Shown here in pieces: positions 1-32,300 of a stretch of 64,000 bases of DNA. Location: the NCBI GenBank assembly GCA_002633005.1, contig NMRA01000197.1, forward strand, positions 446,534 to 510,533. Reading direction: 5' to 3'. The DNA is from Phoronis australis. Taxonomy: Eukaryota; Animalia; Phoronida. How positions within the stretch are numbered: position 1 is the first letter of the stretch; each line of letters opens with the position of its first letter. The notes beneath the pieces were generated by a model. The model searched no databases, was not told where the DNA came from, and saw nothing but the letters and a program-made list of their open reading frames with translations. The translations under genes were made by a program, and so were the position numbers.

Positions 1-1289
1 CATTGCTAACAAAATTCGTTGTTAATACAATCATTTTTCAGAAAATTGTGCTGAAATCCTAGGGCGAAATCTCGCCGACAAATGCGTAGCTGCCGGTCTC
101 GCAATCGTCGATAGGGCTTGAATTCTTGAATAAGAATACAGCTTTGACTCAACAAATTACCTGAAATCCTCCTAAAGTTTTCCAAATAGCGTCTCTAAGA
201 TTTTAAAGTTTTTGTGGAGTCTGGATTAACTGCAGATTAAGTCCAAATCTGCGCTAGATTGTAGCCCGCAACCCGAGAAAAATCTCTGGAGGAACACACA
301 TGTTGTCACGTGACGTTTGTTTTGAAGTTTATAGGCGTGTGTGTGAGAGTAAGCATGCGTGTGCTTGTCATCAGAGTTCATTTGCAGGAGTAATGTAATG
401 ATGTAGGTGTGCATTGTATCCAAAGAAATTAACTCAAGCAGTCACTAAAGCAGAGAGCGTGTTTTAAATTAGCACTTGCTGACCTCATCTGCTAAAAAAC
501 GTTTGAGAATTTTTTCAGTAAGACCAATATGTCACTCATTGAGTCACCGGGTGAGTGGATGTGTGACCGTAGTGTAACAGCTATTTTCAGGAAGATTCGG
601 GGTGTAGGGGTGCGAATGTGTCCACTATCAGTGGGTCATTTTGACTTTAAAAACACCAATTATGATTAGTCAAATAATTTCTCTTAAAAAAACATGAATG
701 CAAAAGTTTTTTTACGGTATTAGAAACTTTCGGAAAGTAGTGCCAATATTCATTTCTTGCCGATGCTATGTTACCCGTTTCATGAATAGATAGTTCCCGA
801 CTAAATGTCTTTGATGACAGCCGGTACGTTATGCAGCGCGCGTTCTTGGCCACGTGCTAACACTGGTCAAGTTTTTTTATTAGCCTTCGATTCACGGTTT
901 TCACGTGTACAAGGAAGTTTGAATTCCTGTTGAGGCCGGAGAAGATCTGTACCAGAAAGATACAATGCAATCCCGCTGACAAGTATGCTGCGTCTGTTTT
1001 CAAAGTCCAGACCCGCGTAGTGAGGCACATCCCTCGCAAGAGCAGCAAAGCTTTTGTGTTCTTTTTGAATCACGGCGTAAGTTTGAAGTATATGTACGGA
1101 CATAACGGTGAGGCTCGAGGTCTACAAATTCAGGACTGTCAGATCTTTCAATTGATAAATTGGAGGTGTTAGAACTGTAGGTAAGGCATTTTTCGCATGT
1201 AGTTCGTGGGCTGGGCACTTACTTTAGCAAAGTCTGAAAACGCGTTGGGCACTTATTGGGGCATAGGCGCTTATTAGGGCGAATAGCGG
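1..1289 (-). mobile_element. Non-autonomous Tc1/mariner-type element, copy A (truncated by the window edge)
   Basis: Reverse-complement homologue of 17224-18496; ends in a TIR followed by TA (1290-1291). Confidence 0.8.
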
Positions 1290-1642
1290 TAGAATTACAT
1301 ACAGCAGCGTAGTTCAATGCACACAAATGACACGTCATGCAAACCCATTGGCCATTCCACATATCCTAATCAATCCCAATAGCCTTTGCGCACCCTAATT
1401 TCCGGACATGCGCAATCGTTAAATCGATTCTGTTGCAACTCCGCTATTATATTTGCTATGCACTGTATATGACAAAATTAATTGCATAGTATTTTCTGTT
1501 AAGCCTGAATAAACTCATTTAATACAATCACACCAGGAATGAAATAAGATCACTCTTAGCGGAAGCGTACGTGCAGTTGTCTTTTGTTGTAATGTTAGGC
1601 AAGTTTTTTACAAGGCTTCTAGTTATCTTTGTATCCTTTCAG

Positions 1643-20039
<18,397 letters not shown>

Positions 20040-20705
20040 GGTGTTGCATAAGATCTAAATATTGCGTTATGCCATGGACCACAGATTTGTGAATTCTAAG
20101 CCACCCAATCAAGGTAGTGTGTGACGCAGGCTGTCGTCTGCTCATTATGCTGGTAATTGGTTATGAATGGCTGCTACCTGTTCGCTAGTATCTATGATAA
20201 ACTCATCTTTGGGCTGAAATGATGCTAAAATGAAGTGATTTCTGGGAGTCCTATGTCTGCAGTGAAGGTGCTTCTTTGCATCAACTATGCCCACAATGAT
20301 TTACCCTTTTTGTATTTGAGGTCTCACGTTGTCTATGAAAATATGGAGTCGTGAAATCGTCTTGTAAATAATATGTTCATTGTGTTATTGCATGACCACA
20401 CTGGATATTGAAATGTTTCTCCTTCACAATTGTGCGTTAAGAAAGTGATTCTGTGTTAAAAATCAAATGTTCCTCCAAGAAACCATGTTAGGTGTGGAAA
20501 TGTTAAGGACTGCTATGAATAAATTCAGTTCTTTTTGCTGGCCAAAATAGTTTTCAGTGGCAGCTGTGAGATTACAGTGACAATAAGTCATTGTGACTGG
20601 ATGGCTGAGTGAGGTCTAATTTTCATCAATACCAGTTGCATCTTGACCTATGCCCTCACACTATTGTACCACTTCTTTCAGTTGTATTTTCACCTAAGAA
20701 GTAAA

Positions 20706-20711
20706 AATAAA
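20706..20711 (+). terminator. Probable SPT16 polyadenylation signal AATAAA (alternative at 20518-20523)
   Basis: AATAAA followed by a GT/T-rich downstream element. Confidence 0.5.
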
Positions 20712-21065
20712 TTTTATATTGTGTAATATTTGTTTTCTGTGAGCTGTCTGCTGTCTGGAGTGTTTTGCCTTGCATAGTGAGCAGTACATGTGTTTTTGGA
20801 TGGGTAGATGTTATTAGTCGAGGTTACTGTAAATATTTACTTCCTCCTCACAGCAACCCAGACTAATAACATTCACCTATATAAACAGATGTGGTTTAAC
20901 GTATTTATTCCACATATTTAAGAAATAATACACATTTATTTGGCAACTCTCGTGCAATAACATGTCAGCTTATCCCTATGTATTTGGAGTAAATTCGCGT
21001 GTACGACGCCAAGTTTGATTGGGTTCGTTCATATGGGTTACCTAAAACATTGTTCCAAGGGGTAG

Positions 21066-21283
21066 ATCATTTTTTCGGTTTTCCTCTTGTTTCTCTGAAG
21101 TTCCGGATTTTTATGAAATATAGCTTTCTATTAAAAAACTATGGCATGTTCCCGTTTTCGAATGGATCCGACGTATTTTGCGCCATCTGGTGGCCATTTT
21201 TATGATGCAAATAAACGCCAATAGAAGCACACCCTTTGCAGTGCGTTCGTTGGCGCATTAAAACGCTCTGCGTTGCACTCGTT
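21066..21283 (+). mobile_element. 3' fragment of the same HINE family
   Basis: Homologous to 15450-15642; hairpin AACGC-TCT-GCGTT near the end. Confidence 0.65.
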
Positions 21284-22102
21284 TTCTTCGGCGGCATATG
21301 TCATGTGCGTAATTTCGTCTGCTATTTCTGTTTGGGGCTAGTGATTGACCTAGATGCAAACTGCAATCACAGTTTCAATGTTTATTTTCACAATATTTTA
21401 GACTCCGGCGCCATCGCTTACATTGAATTTATTGTTTTCATCAGAAGTTTTTCAATTGGACACTAATTATTCCGCGGTAAGACAATACAGGACATGATTG
21501 TTGACACAATTTTAATGCGCCAGTTGACCTGAGCTGAGCAAACAGCGCTTTAATGACATTTTTGCGTCAATGACGCGGGGTGCGGTCCTATAAGTAATCA
21601 TGAGATTTTTTTCCAGATTCTAATGTTGGGGTATAGAACAGAAATTTGTGGGCATTACATTTTCACAAATTGAACTTGTAAACCTTCAACGATCGCTCTA
21701 ACTGCTATTTTTTATGCCTTTTTCTACAATTTTGTGAAGTGCCATTCCTGCACACAAAGCAACAGGTATTCCGCAGATTTACTGAAATGTATGGTGTGTA
21801 ATGCACAATATTGACAAGTTAAATCTTTTGAATTGCACAAGTGTCCATCTTTTGCGAGATGCAGCTCTCCTGGGATTGGTCAATCTGGGAAAGCTTGTAA
21901 CATGTTAGTATATCTATTGACACTCGCTTGCGATCTGTAACGAAGCCGTCGGAAAGATAACATCAAAATTTGCCTGTTCAGAATGGAGTAAAAAATCATA
22001 AAACTGCTCTATGCCAACGACACCTAGTGTATAAATCACGATTGTGAAAATGATGCTGTAGATGTTATTGCACAAAAGGCCCGATTCAAGTGGAACTTTT
22101 CA

Positions 22103-22339
22103 TGGGCTGTGAACTGATGTAGTTTATATGTGGGCTGTGAACTGATGCGGTTCATATTTGGGGTGTGAACTGATGCGGTTCATATGTGGGCTGTGAACTG
22201 ATGCGGTTCATATGTGGACTGTGAACTGATGCGGTTTANTTATGTGTGGGCTGTGAACTGATGCGGTTTAATTGTGGGCTGTGAACTGACACGGTTTATG
22301 TGTGGGCTGTGAACTGATGCGGTTTATATGTGGGCTGTT
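22103..22339. repeat. ~28-bp minisatellite x~8
   Basis: GTGGGCTGTGAACTGATGCGGTT(C/T)ATAT. Confidence 0.92.
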
Positions 22340-22991
22340 CATTGCTGGCTCTTGACGAAAATTTAAAGCTACATTTCCTCAGTTGGTTGCCAAAAGAAAA
22401 ATGATGTAAGCGCCATCTGGTTGCCAAAAGAAAAATGATGTAAGCGCCAGCGCTTTTAAAATCTAGTGTCTCCTTACCGTGATAAAAACTTGATTTCTGT
22501 TACCAACAAGAACATCGAAACTATCAGTTCTCTCGCAGCACTGTGAAAAAGTCGTAGCGGTTGAAGACTCCAGTCACAGTCAATGTGAACATGTGCCACC
22601 CAGTCGGAATTTGCAATTTTTAAAATTTTGAATCGTTTTTAGTGTCGCTGATGGTTTCGATGTTCTTGTTGGTAACGGAGATAAAGTTGGTAGGAATAAC
22701 ACTAGACTGATTTTGTGAACCTCTTTTGTTTTTCGTTTTTGCCAGCTTATGGTGAGGAAATGCAGTTTCAAAGCTAGTGAGCAAGAATTCTCGAGCCCTA
22801 TATTGAGTGTTCAGACTACTCTAATGAATGAATGAAATTAGAAAATGGTCAGTTGTGAAGCGATTGAAAATAAGTTTACAAATATTTTGTTATCAACCCC
22901 GCGTCACACGAGAGCTTTTTGTTCATATTGCATTGACAGCGTTCCAGGCAAAATGTGCAAGAAGTCACTGAGTAACAACAAACAATCACAT

Positions 22992-22997
22992 TTTATT
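22992..22997 (-). terminator. Candidate polyadenylation signal for the GPR158-like gene
   Basis: AATAAA on the minus strand ~125 nt past the stop. Confidence 0.35.
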
Positions 22998-23120
22998 TAC
23001 ATTAAATGAAAACCCATAAGTAAAGCGTCACGCTGACTCGCATTACATGCGAGATAATGATTAGTCACGTAACTCGTTTGCATACTTCTGATCCACTGTA
23101 CAGCGTGGTCAACACCCATG

Positions 23121-23336
23121 CTATAAATTAGTCGCTTGATCTTGACTTCCGAAGGAGATCACAACTCTTCTACCATTCATTGGTGGCGAAGTGTTATTGC
23201 TGGACGGCAAGGAACTCGTTTCGTCGTGCATTACTTCCGTCATTGCAGTCAATTTTTCGGACAAGTGTCGATTACCGATCTTCATGTTTCTCTGTTTTAA
23301 CAGTTCTAGTTGCATATAAAGCCTTTTGAACTCCTC
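23121..23336 (-). CDS. GPR158: GPR158-like last exon (EEFKRLYMQLELLKQRNMKIGNRHL...QATNL*)
   Basis: cAG acceptor, conserved cytoplasmic coiled-coil motif, TAG stop. Confidence 0.9.
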   Translation of the reverse strand, partial: EEFKRLYMQLELLKQRNMKIGNRHLSEKLTAMTEVMHDETSSLPSSNNTSPPMNGRRVVISFGSQDQATNL

Positions 23337-26300
23337 CTGAAATCGCATGACAATTGGTTTCAATTGATGTTCCAATTTGTTGTTAAAAAAATGATCGAAC
23401 TTGTTGTATTGACGTAATTGTATAACGCTCTTTGGAACTTGAACTATAGCGTCTACAGTGAAAAATTCGCACGAGGAAAAAAAACTGAAAAATATGAGAA
23501 ATCAATTTAAAGCTGATTTATGCAGCTAAATTACTTGCAATGGCACCCTCATTTTTGCTGATGATAAATGGTCATCAGTCAGATATCAGTTGGATCGTGA
23601 GAAGAAATCATATGAATATCACGATTTGCGATAACCATGCAATCTTGCCCAGTAAATTATACTAAAGTTTTGCAGTGGGCAACGACATCTTTCGTTGTTG
23701 CGTTCATTATTTACACTAAGTGTAGTAGTGTGGATATTTTTGAGAATTACTCTCGGGTCTCCTAAGGCCTTTTCAACCATTTGTATCCCCATATCCTACA
23801 GATGACATAAATAATCAATAAACCAAGATCAATCGCAATCGGCCAAAGTGCGTCAACACAATGCTCACGCGTAATGTTTGATTGTACGTTATCAAAAATT
23901 ATGTCTATTAATTTCACATCAACCATGTCTATGATATTAATTTCACATCAACCATGTCTATGAATTCATATGGAAGCGTCGAAGGGGTACCTGAATATCT
24001 TTCTCCATTGTGCTACCTCCGGTGTCGAAGTTATTTAGAAACTTTTCTGATTCCACGTTGCTATTGGACGACATGTTTGTGTTTGCGGTGTTACGCGAGA
24101 TGAACTTGGTAGACCCCTTATTATTGAGTGTCGTATTGCCATCTTTGTCTTTATACTTATATACTAGATACGCCTGAAACGAGAGGAGGAAGCACTTTTC
24201 ATTTCAGTTGTACTTAAAAGTGGTTATAAACTCGTATTCCATCACAAGTTAGCCAATTTTTAGACGACTAGCCGTAATGAAATTGACATCAAGCTATTCC
24301 TCGGTCAAATTAGGAGATTATCGGGTCTCGACAGAACTGGCAGATCGTCAGTGCTAGAGGCCTGCAGGCCTTTCATGGCCGTGTCACCTAACGATGATCT
24401 CGAGGAATAACGAACTGTCACGCCGCGACCTGAAATTGTATAAGAATTCATTCAAGAAATAATGGTCATTCAGTTCTTCCCGAACGCAGAGATCACTTGC
24501 AAACTGCGTAAGGAACAAGACAAGACCAACTTTATAGCGGTTGGTCCGGCTAAACCAAAACTTGTTGTACTAAGAGAAAGCAAGGGTTTAATGTCACTTT
24601 CAGTAGGTTTGGACGAGACACGAGAATGAATGCAAACTAGTTCTTTGAGATGCGAAAGATTCATTTCCGGATGAGTTTCCCGACAGGTGTCAGCCAGACC
24701 GGGCCGCAAATACCTGGGAGACTGAAACATCTAGCTTTGACATGCCCTCTGATCAGAAAGCAAATCGGAGGTCTGATTCGCTATCCGAAAAAAATCGCAT
24801 TAGAACACTCGCCAGACGCCGTATGTGATCTGCTTTCTTTCGTTCGCCCTCAACTCAGACGACAAATGTGCCTTCTTACCGCGAGGAACCTCTCATACTA
24901 ATAACGTGATGGACTCTCAGTATGCTCCAGTAGGACATGCACGTGTTGGGTCAGAATCTCAGTCTACTCGTAAGAAGGGGGGGGGGGGGGGGGGGGNCTG
25001 AACGCTTAAAAGCAGTCGATCTGCCTCACCGCATTCTAAATATTCCACAGTGAACGGGATATGAGTGAGCAATGCACTGTGCATTTAAGGGCATTTCATT
25101 ACGACGCGAGTGTGCCTGTGAGAGAATCACTTTTGATCTCGTTTGACGGTAAGAAAACAAGATAGGATATACAACAGTCATCAGGTGGCGAGACCGGCTC
25201 GCCAAGAACTTCCAAACAACATGTTAAATATCCTAACATTTCGTGAGTGCTCAAAAAATAGTTCGACAAGGACAGGTTTTAAGTCAATATTGTAAGGACA
25301 GGTATGCAGCAGAAATGAAACTCAGTTATAAATGATCACTTGGCATTGGGTTATGCCCACTGTTCAGTACAAATAATGTCATGCTTAGTGTTCTACATAG
25401 TGGTGACAAATGAAGAAAATTTTAAAGCGGTTGTAAACCATGTTTCATCTTAGAAATTATCTTTTGATTTAGACCACATTCGTCAGTGAAACTGACCTCA
25501 ATTTGCTTTTTCAGGCGAGAATTGATTTCTGGGCCCGTTAAAAACTGGCGAATAAAATGACACTCCGTGACAAGGCAACTTGTAGAGCTACGTTTCGCGT
25601 ATCGAAAGACTTTTGGAAGCCCTAAAATCACCTCTAATTTGGTTAAGGAACAAATTGAGATCTATTTCACTACTGTAGGGGTCTAAATATTAAGTTAATT
25701 TTTGTGACAGAAACGGGTTTGTAGTCGCTTTAAAATGTTCGAGAAATCGAAATTGATAACGTACATCTGTGTTTCCATCGATTTATGTATGTGTATTGAA
25801 GAGTGCGTTCTAGTCATGGTATAATATATGCTAATCCATTCGTTTTGTGCGCTATTTCTACTGACATGAATGAACGCGTTGTAGAGTAAAATATTCGAAT
25901 TGATTGTTTTGTTCCACTCGTAAAATCCATACAATAACTTAATATGTTACAAACTTGATATCATTTTAAAATGTCACGAAATGGACTGTAAAATACCTAT
26001 TTTAAACGCAACAATGGCTTAAATTAGATGTGAAAAAATCACGTTTTGAGAGACGGTCACACATTTATTTCTCCGCGACCCCTACATGTATGTAATACTG
26101 ATCTAAAACTATCCGATGATTACGGATACAACCAAAACCATTAAGGTGCGGGCCACGGCGACACATTTTTTGTCGGTCTGGCGATAATTTGATTTCCAGG
26201 CAGAAAATTGTGACTTTTTGCCTTGGTTTTTATACCAAATGTAATCCAAGGTTCTTCAGTTATGTGTAAAAATATATTGCACTGTATAATGTACTATGTA

Positions 26301-29300
26301 TTGTATTGTATATGGCTATGGCGTTAGCTGTGGAAAATCGGAAGAAGTGTCCGAATTGGTGTGTAGTGAGTGACTGCATAATTTCTTTTGAGCGGTCGTG
26401 AACTTTATTGTGAATAGTTAACGAAATTATTTACATGTTGGGCTTGACTTAGTAGCAAATACTGAAACATTGCACGCTAGTGACTGCATAATTTCTTTTG
26501 AGCGGTCGTGAACTTTATTGTGAATAGTTAAAACGAAATTATTTACATGTTGAGCTTGACTTAGTAGCAAATACTGAAACATTGCACGCTAGTGACTGCA
26601 TAATTTCTTTTGAGCGGTCGTGAACTTTATTGTGAATAGTTAACGAAATTATTTACATGTTGGGCTTGACTTAGTAGCAAATACTGAAACATTGCACGCT
26701 CTCAGATTGACTTTTTATTATCTAATTACCGGCGCGGTCAATAACAGGAAAATACCCCAGGAAACGAAGAGAGCTCTGCCTTTATAATCAGCAAGTTTTC
26801 TTAGCAATTCGAATCATTTGGCATTTTCCTTATGCACTGTGATTAATTGCGTTGAAAATGCAGTCTCAAAACATGCACATTTTAAGTGATAGACTAAATT
26901 TGACACCAAACGACGGTGAGAGTAAAGTAATCAATTGAGCTATGATTGGTTGGAGTGAAGTAATCAATTGAGCTATGATTGGTTGGAGTTTCCCACAAGT
27001 TAAGCAGTCACAGTGGGCCTACTGTAGACTGTCGTTTCGTCTCTTGTGACAATATGTGCAGTGAACACCGAGACAAAATGTCGGCCCGGCGGTAAAGTGT
27101 CGGGTATGACAATATTATGCGGTTAACACATGCACTTGTACATCTTGTTGCCCCTCGGGTGTGTTGAAAGGAAGTTTGCCCAGGATTATAACACATAGGC
27201 GTATCCAGGGTCAGAAAGTAACAGAGGTAAAATTAGGGGTTGTAGCAAGTTGAACGGCAAGGCATGTTTCTGTATAGAGAACATCCACCTGCGCCTATAT
27301 GCATTTAGACTCAGGCGCCTATATGCATTTAGACTCAGGCGCCTACATGCGCAACACTAGAGTAAACAATTTTCTTTGTAAAAACCGGTATAAAGTAGGG
27401 CCTAGTTAGTTTGTCTTCAAAATCAAACTCGCTCATATTGGCCTTCAAAGGGGTTTTGGACACAGCAAAATGCTGGGCAAATTATATCAGGCATACCCCA
27501 GTAAAATAACTAGTTTCGCCGCCTCTGCACTCAGGCTCGTCAACGGATTTGGATTAGCCCACGCCTTCACTGAGGACTACACGCCTTAATTACCACGAAG
27601 GCCGACCTGTACAGCCAATCAGTGCTCAGTAGGGAGCGACAATATGTAACAAGATATATTGTCGCACTCAACACACGTATTGTCGACCCTAGGATGTATA
27701 ATACATGGGCGGCGCACCATAGAGGGTTGGGTGGGGGGGGGGNTTTTCAGTGCTACGCCGCCCATACAACATGTGTCGGAATTCAAAACATATACCGAGA
27801 ACGATGTTGATCACATAGATGGGACAATGTCACCCGCCATGGAAAGTTGAAAAATCTGAAGGGTCTACCCTCATTGTAAATATTGTATTATTAAGCAAAT
27901 AGATATATAACATATACAGCATCGTTCTTGTTCGCAAATCGCGCAAGGCGTCCTGGCAGTAACAACGTTTTTTGTCAAGAACATCATTTTGTTCTCATTG
28001 ATATTTCACTTCGCATGCACCACATATTCTTCGTTGTGAACACACTTCCCACGAGTCGCATTTTTTCCTAAAAACAGTCGTTCTTTCTCATGGACGGCCA
28101 GTTGTTCGTGGACACGAAAACTGTTCCTAAGAAAAGAACCGTGCCTCGTGACAAAATGTTATGTAAAAATGGTGGTGAGTGAAGAAAACACCAGGTCCTG
28201 TGAAAACGCGTTGCATTTTACAGTGAGAACAGCTGTGTAGATTGTGGCGCAGGATAACAAAACGCGAAAGATGCTGCATTGCTGCCTACACTTCGAAATC
28301 TTACCTTGCTACCAAATAAAAACGCTAGAGTAACCGTGGTGGTAAGTTGGGTATGCACAAAAAGAACTATATACAACAAGTCGGGGTTTGCCGGTGATTG
28401 CAGAAAGAACCTGAAAAGAAATTAGATTATTAGTCATAGATGCCCTGCACGCACCACTATTTATAAGAAATTCATGAATGTATATAAACGCACTGCGACA
28501 ACATTTGTCTCCACAGATTGACGTGAGATTGAATAGGGACAGCTCAACGTGATAATTTGAAAAGTGAATTGTGTCTGTTTGGATCTCAGATCCACATTTT
28601 ATATTTTAATATTACACGATTTTTTCATTCTTAAATACCCCTCCTTTGTACACTCTGCCAGCAAATTTTCACTAAAATAGGCTTCATCAAAGAAAGGTTT
28701 AGTTTATATTTTCATAGCAGCTACATATTGTCTTGCGTCGATACACAAGTTCAATTAACAACATGGCTACTGTCACAAAAACAGGGTCATTGACATTTTT
28801 ACAATCTACACGTGTGTCACAAAAACAGGGTCATTGACCTTTTTACAATCTACACGTGTACATGTGGATAGATGGAGTCCAAGCCTGGATGGAGAATATT
28901 CCACAACTTGCAAACCGTAAAAACGTCATTGCACAATTTGATTTATAGACGAGGGGGGCCAACAGGGCCGGGCCCCGGATTTCCCCAAAGGACGTGATAA
29001 AAATGCTGTCACCTCGCCCATTTTACCACCTACGCGGGCGTTTTCCCTGAAAACTGTGGTTGGGCCCGGGGGTTGGGCCTTACGAGATCCAAGGTCATCC
29101 AGTGCAATGTGTCCTACTGTGTTTTTGTTCACACAACATTTATCTTCTAAACGGCAGACACTTACATGGTGACAGTTAGGAAGACGGACAATAGAGTTTC
29201 GTTGTAAATGGCCCAGCTAATGAACCGACTTTCGTTAAACTCTGACGGGGCTTTCCGAACAACAATACAAAGCCGGATTCCCCAGAGGAGGAAAAGTAGT

Positions 29301-32300
29301 TCTCCTGAAACGAAAAAGTACTATAAAGTCTGAACACCAGCGGTCATTTGAACAGTTGCATCTCATACGTCATAGAATTTTGATATAAATTTTTAGGGTA
29401 GTTCACGAAAGAAAGCATTTTTTTTTATTTTTAAATGTACTTGTATTATATTTGGAGTAGCCTCATCAGTACGTGTTGAGAGTCATCCATTCTCACCACT
29501 CCTTTTTCATTCGCTCGCGCTTTCCGACGGGCACGAGACAATTGGTGCTTATTGCATCGTAGACATGGACCCCCAACTCTGTGTATTTTCAAAGCACAAG
29601 ATCTGGAATCTTGTGCAAAAGTGGACTCCAACCGTGAATACTGCAGTTTCACTGTTGGCCAACACCTGCAAGTACGTCGTCTCATCGACGCCGCATGAAA
29701 TGTGCGAAAGAGAGTGGCGTCTCTGAAAATTCTATAGGAAAACATTGGAGTTGAGAGTCTTTTGTTTACAATCTATAATTGCATTATTTATCATTTTATC
29801 GAGTACTATAACCCAGGGAAGAATTGGTTAATTGGCCGAGTTATAAACCTTATGGTGACCTACCTCCTGCCGCGCAATAATCCCAGACGTCAAACGCGCA
29901 TTGATACGCTTTCAGTCCACTGCTGTGGCGACCTGAAGAGAAAATCACACGATTTGAGGAACACATTTGTCCGCATGTTTGTCTGCTTTGTCTTTGAAGA
30001 AAGATTTATGGAAATGTATTGTTGTATACAAAGCCACTTAATGTATGAATAATTCATAGTAGCCAGATGATAGGTTAATGGTATTTACAGGCTGGAGGGT
30101 TTGTTACTTGCGTCATTAGAGTTAAGTAGCGCTGTATAGACCCTAGAGTTATGTATGGAAAGAAGGCCGGAAAATTATGATTTTTAACTTTGTACCAGTG
30201 TCATTAATAGGGTCACGAAAAAATTAGCTAAACAACAGTATCAATAACAGAGCCAAATTTCATTTGATAAGCATATTCAAGATGAAACCTCATAATCGCT
30301 GTTGTACAATTTTGTAAAATTTATTTCGTTCTCGTTTTATGCATTTTTTATGAAAATCAAAATCCAATTTTGAAAGATTCTCAGGCAAAAGTGGAATATT
30401 TTAAAAACAATTCCCGGCTGCTTTGTACAGAACAGTGTGTAAAGTATAGTATGTGAAAGTTTCATGTGAATCCAATCAGCTAATTCTGAGATAAGAAGTT
30501 CCAAGGTTAGCCAGATTTGGACGTTTTTCTAACCTTTAAATATTCCCGAATTGTTTGTTCTGTATTCCAAACGCATTTTTTATCATTTACTTTCTTACAA
30601 TGCGTTTTCCAGTCCTTCCAATTGGTGCCCTTCTCACCTGTTATTACTTGCGGACGCCCAACAGCCATCCTGGCGGTGAGATAGCCCACAAACACAGCGA
30701 CTACAAGAGCTAGTCGCTTGATGAGGTCAGTATCTGAGATCTTAACGCGGCGAGCAGAACGAACACGGAATACTACAGAGATTCTAAAAATTAAAATTAA
30801 ATTTGTGACAAAGACATAAAGAAGAAAAGTTTTGATTCAAGAGTTTTTATCAAACAAGTACTGCTATAGAAAGTTGTATTCGTATTTCTTCAACAAGCTT
30901 GAAATAGAGGTAAAGAATTGAATCAGATAAGTGGCTTATTAAAGATATATTGTTGTGCAGACAACAAAAATCAATTATTAAATTGGTTAAGACTATGGTT
31001 GACATTATTTCGATAGCACATTTTCGTATATTTAAGTAAATTTGACTTAGTTTTAAACTAAGCGCATGCGTGGATCAACACATTCATGATGTAAACTGTG
31101 ATTGCGTTTATTTCGCAATTGGCTGATATGTCTCGAGGGTTTTATACTCGATTGGAGAGGTTGAAAATGTAATCGAATGAGACTGCAAAACAGGTGCAAT
31201 GAAGATAAAGGGGAAACATACCTCCACGTTTTCAATAGCAACGCACCGAAGGTAATTGAGAAGCCTATTTCACGGAACCACACCCTTAATGAGCAGGATA
31301 TCTCTGATACTTCAAAATAACTCACTATGATCTGAAATCGCAATTAATTAGTTTGAAGTAAAGTAATCGAATGTTGTACAATACTTATTAAAATTCATTA
31401 GTTATACAGAGTTAGTAGAGATATTTTCGCCTTTTCAGTGACAAAATCGAAAGTGCTACTTTCAAGACGTGTTCGTGTATGTTGAGCTCCGTACACTCCT
31501 TCTCTTGCCAAACCAGCACCGTACTGGTACTGTAACGTTATGAATATAAGACTTAACAAAGAAAAATGTAAGAAAATTGTATCGCAGCACCAAAGAACAG
31601 ACCAGTCATCTCGAGGATTAAGCGACAGACACCCCTCCTTGAATGTCACAGTCACGTGGATGGGTACTGTTTGCAAAGTCAAAAATCACGCCACAGAGAC
31701 AACTTTAACGCCCATGTCGATTTGTTTGAATTAATTCGCAGGATAAATGGACCATGAGCTTTTGAAACCAATTGATATATTACTTCCAGTGCTACTTAAT
31801 TTCCACCCAGGGTGTACTGGGCTTTATTAATGGCTTTGAAGGTGGGAAACTATATAGTATGTCTAACAATTTCGAGAATATATTTATTTCACAAATAGGG
31901 GCCTATTCGCAGGAAGCTTCCATGAAAAAGTGACCCTGTTGCAGGGCTTTGTTCCAGAAACATTCCCGTTTTTAGTGGTTGATTGCATGAACCAAACCCT
32001 TTTGTAAGGATTCTAGGGCAGCTGAATACGGTAGTACACTTAGCCAGAAACAGTATAAGAAGCAGTGCTATGTCGTCAAGAACGAGTCCATCCTTAACAA
32101 CCAAAGGTTAAAAAATATAGGTTACAAACCTTTCTTTTTGTTCGTGTAATTGGAAACTGAAGGATTCTTTCTTAAAATTTCTAACACAGGCTACCCTTTT
32201 GAATTTGCTATTTTATCGGAATGGGCACCCTTAAAAGTTGTGACGAAAGCCACCCTCCTGAGCTGCACGCCTCGAATACCTCTTCTACGACACTACTCCG

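Noticed and set aside
226-1218. Short ORFs inside the first mariner-like element as a transposase
   Set aside because: No DDE or HTH motifs, and the frames are not conserved in the second copy
24976-24998. Long G runs with adjacent N (also near 16889 and 27743) as G-quadruplex elements
   Set aside because: Homopolymer length is uncertain (ambiguous base), so no functional claim is supportable
26369-26700. Regular repeats (also 16318, 22103, 41181, 43744) as possible CRISPR arrays
   Set aside because: Head-to-tail units with no unique spacers, no cas genes, and a eukaryotic intronic context
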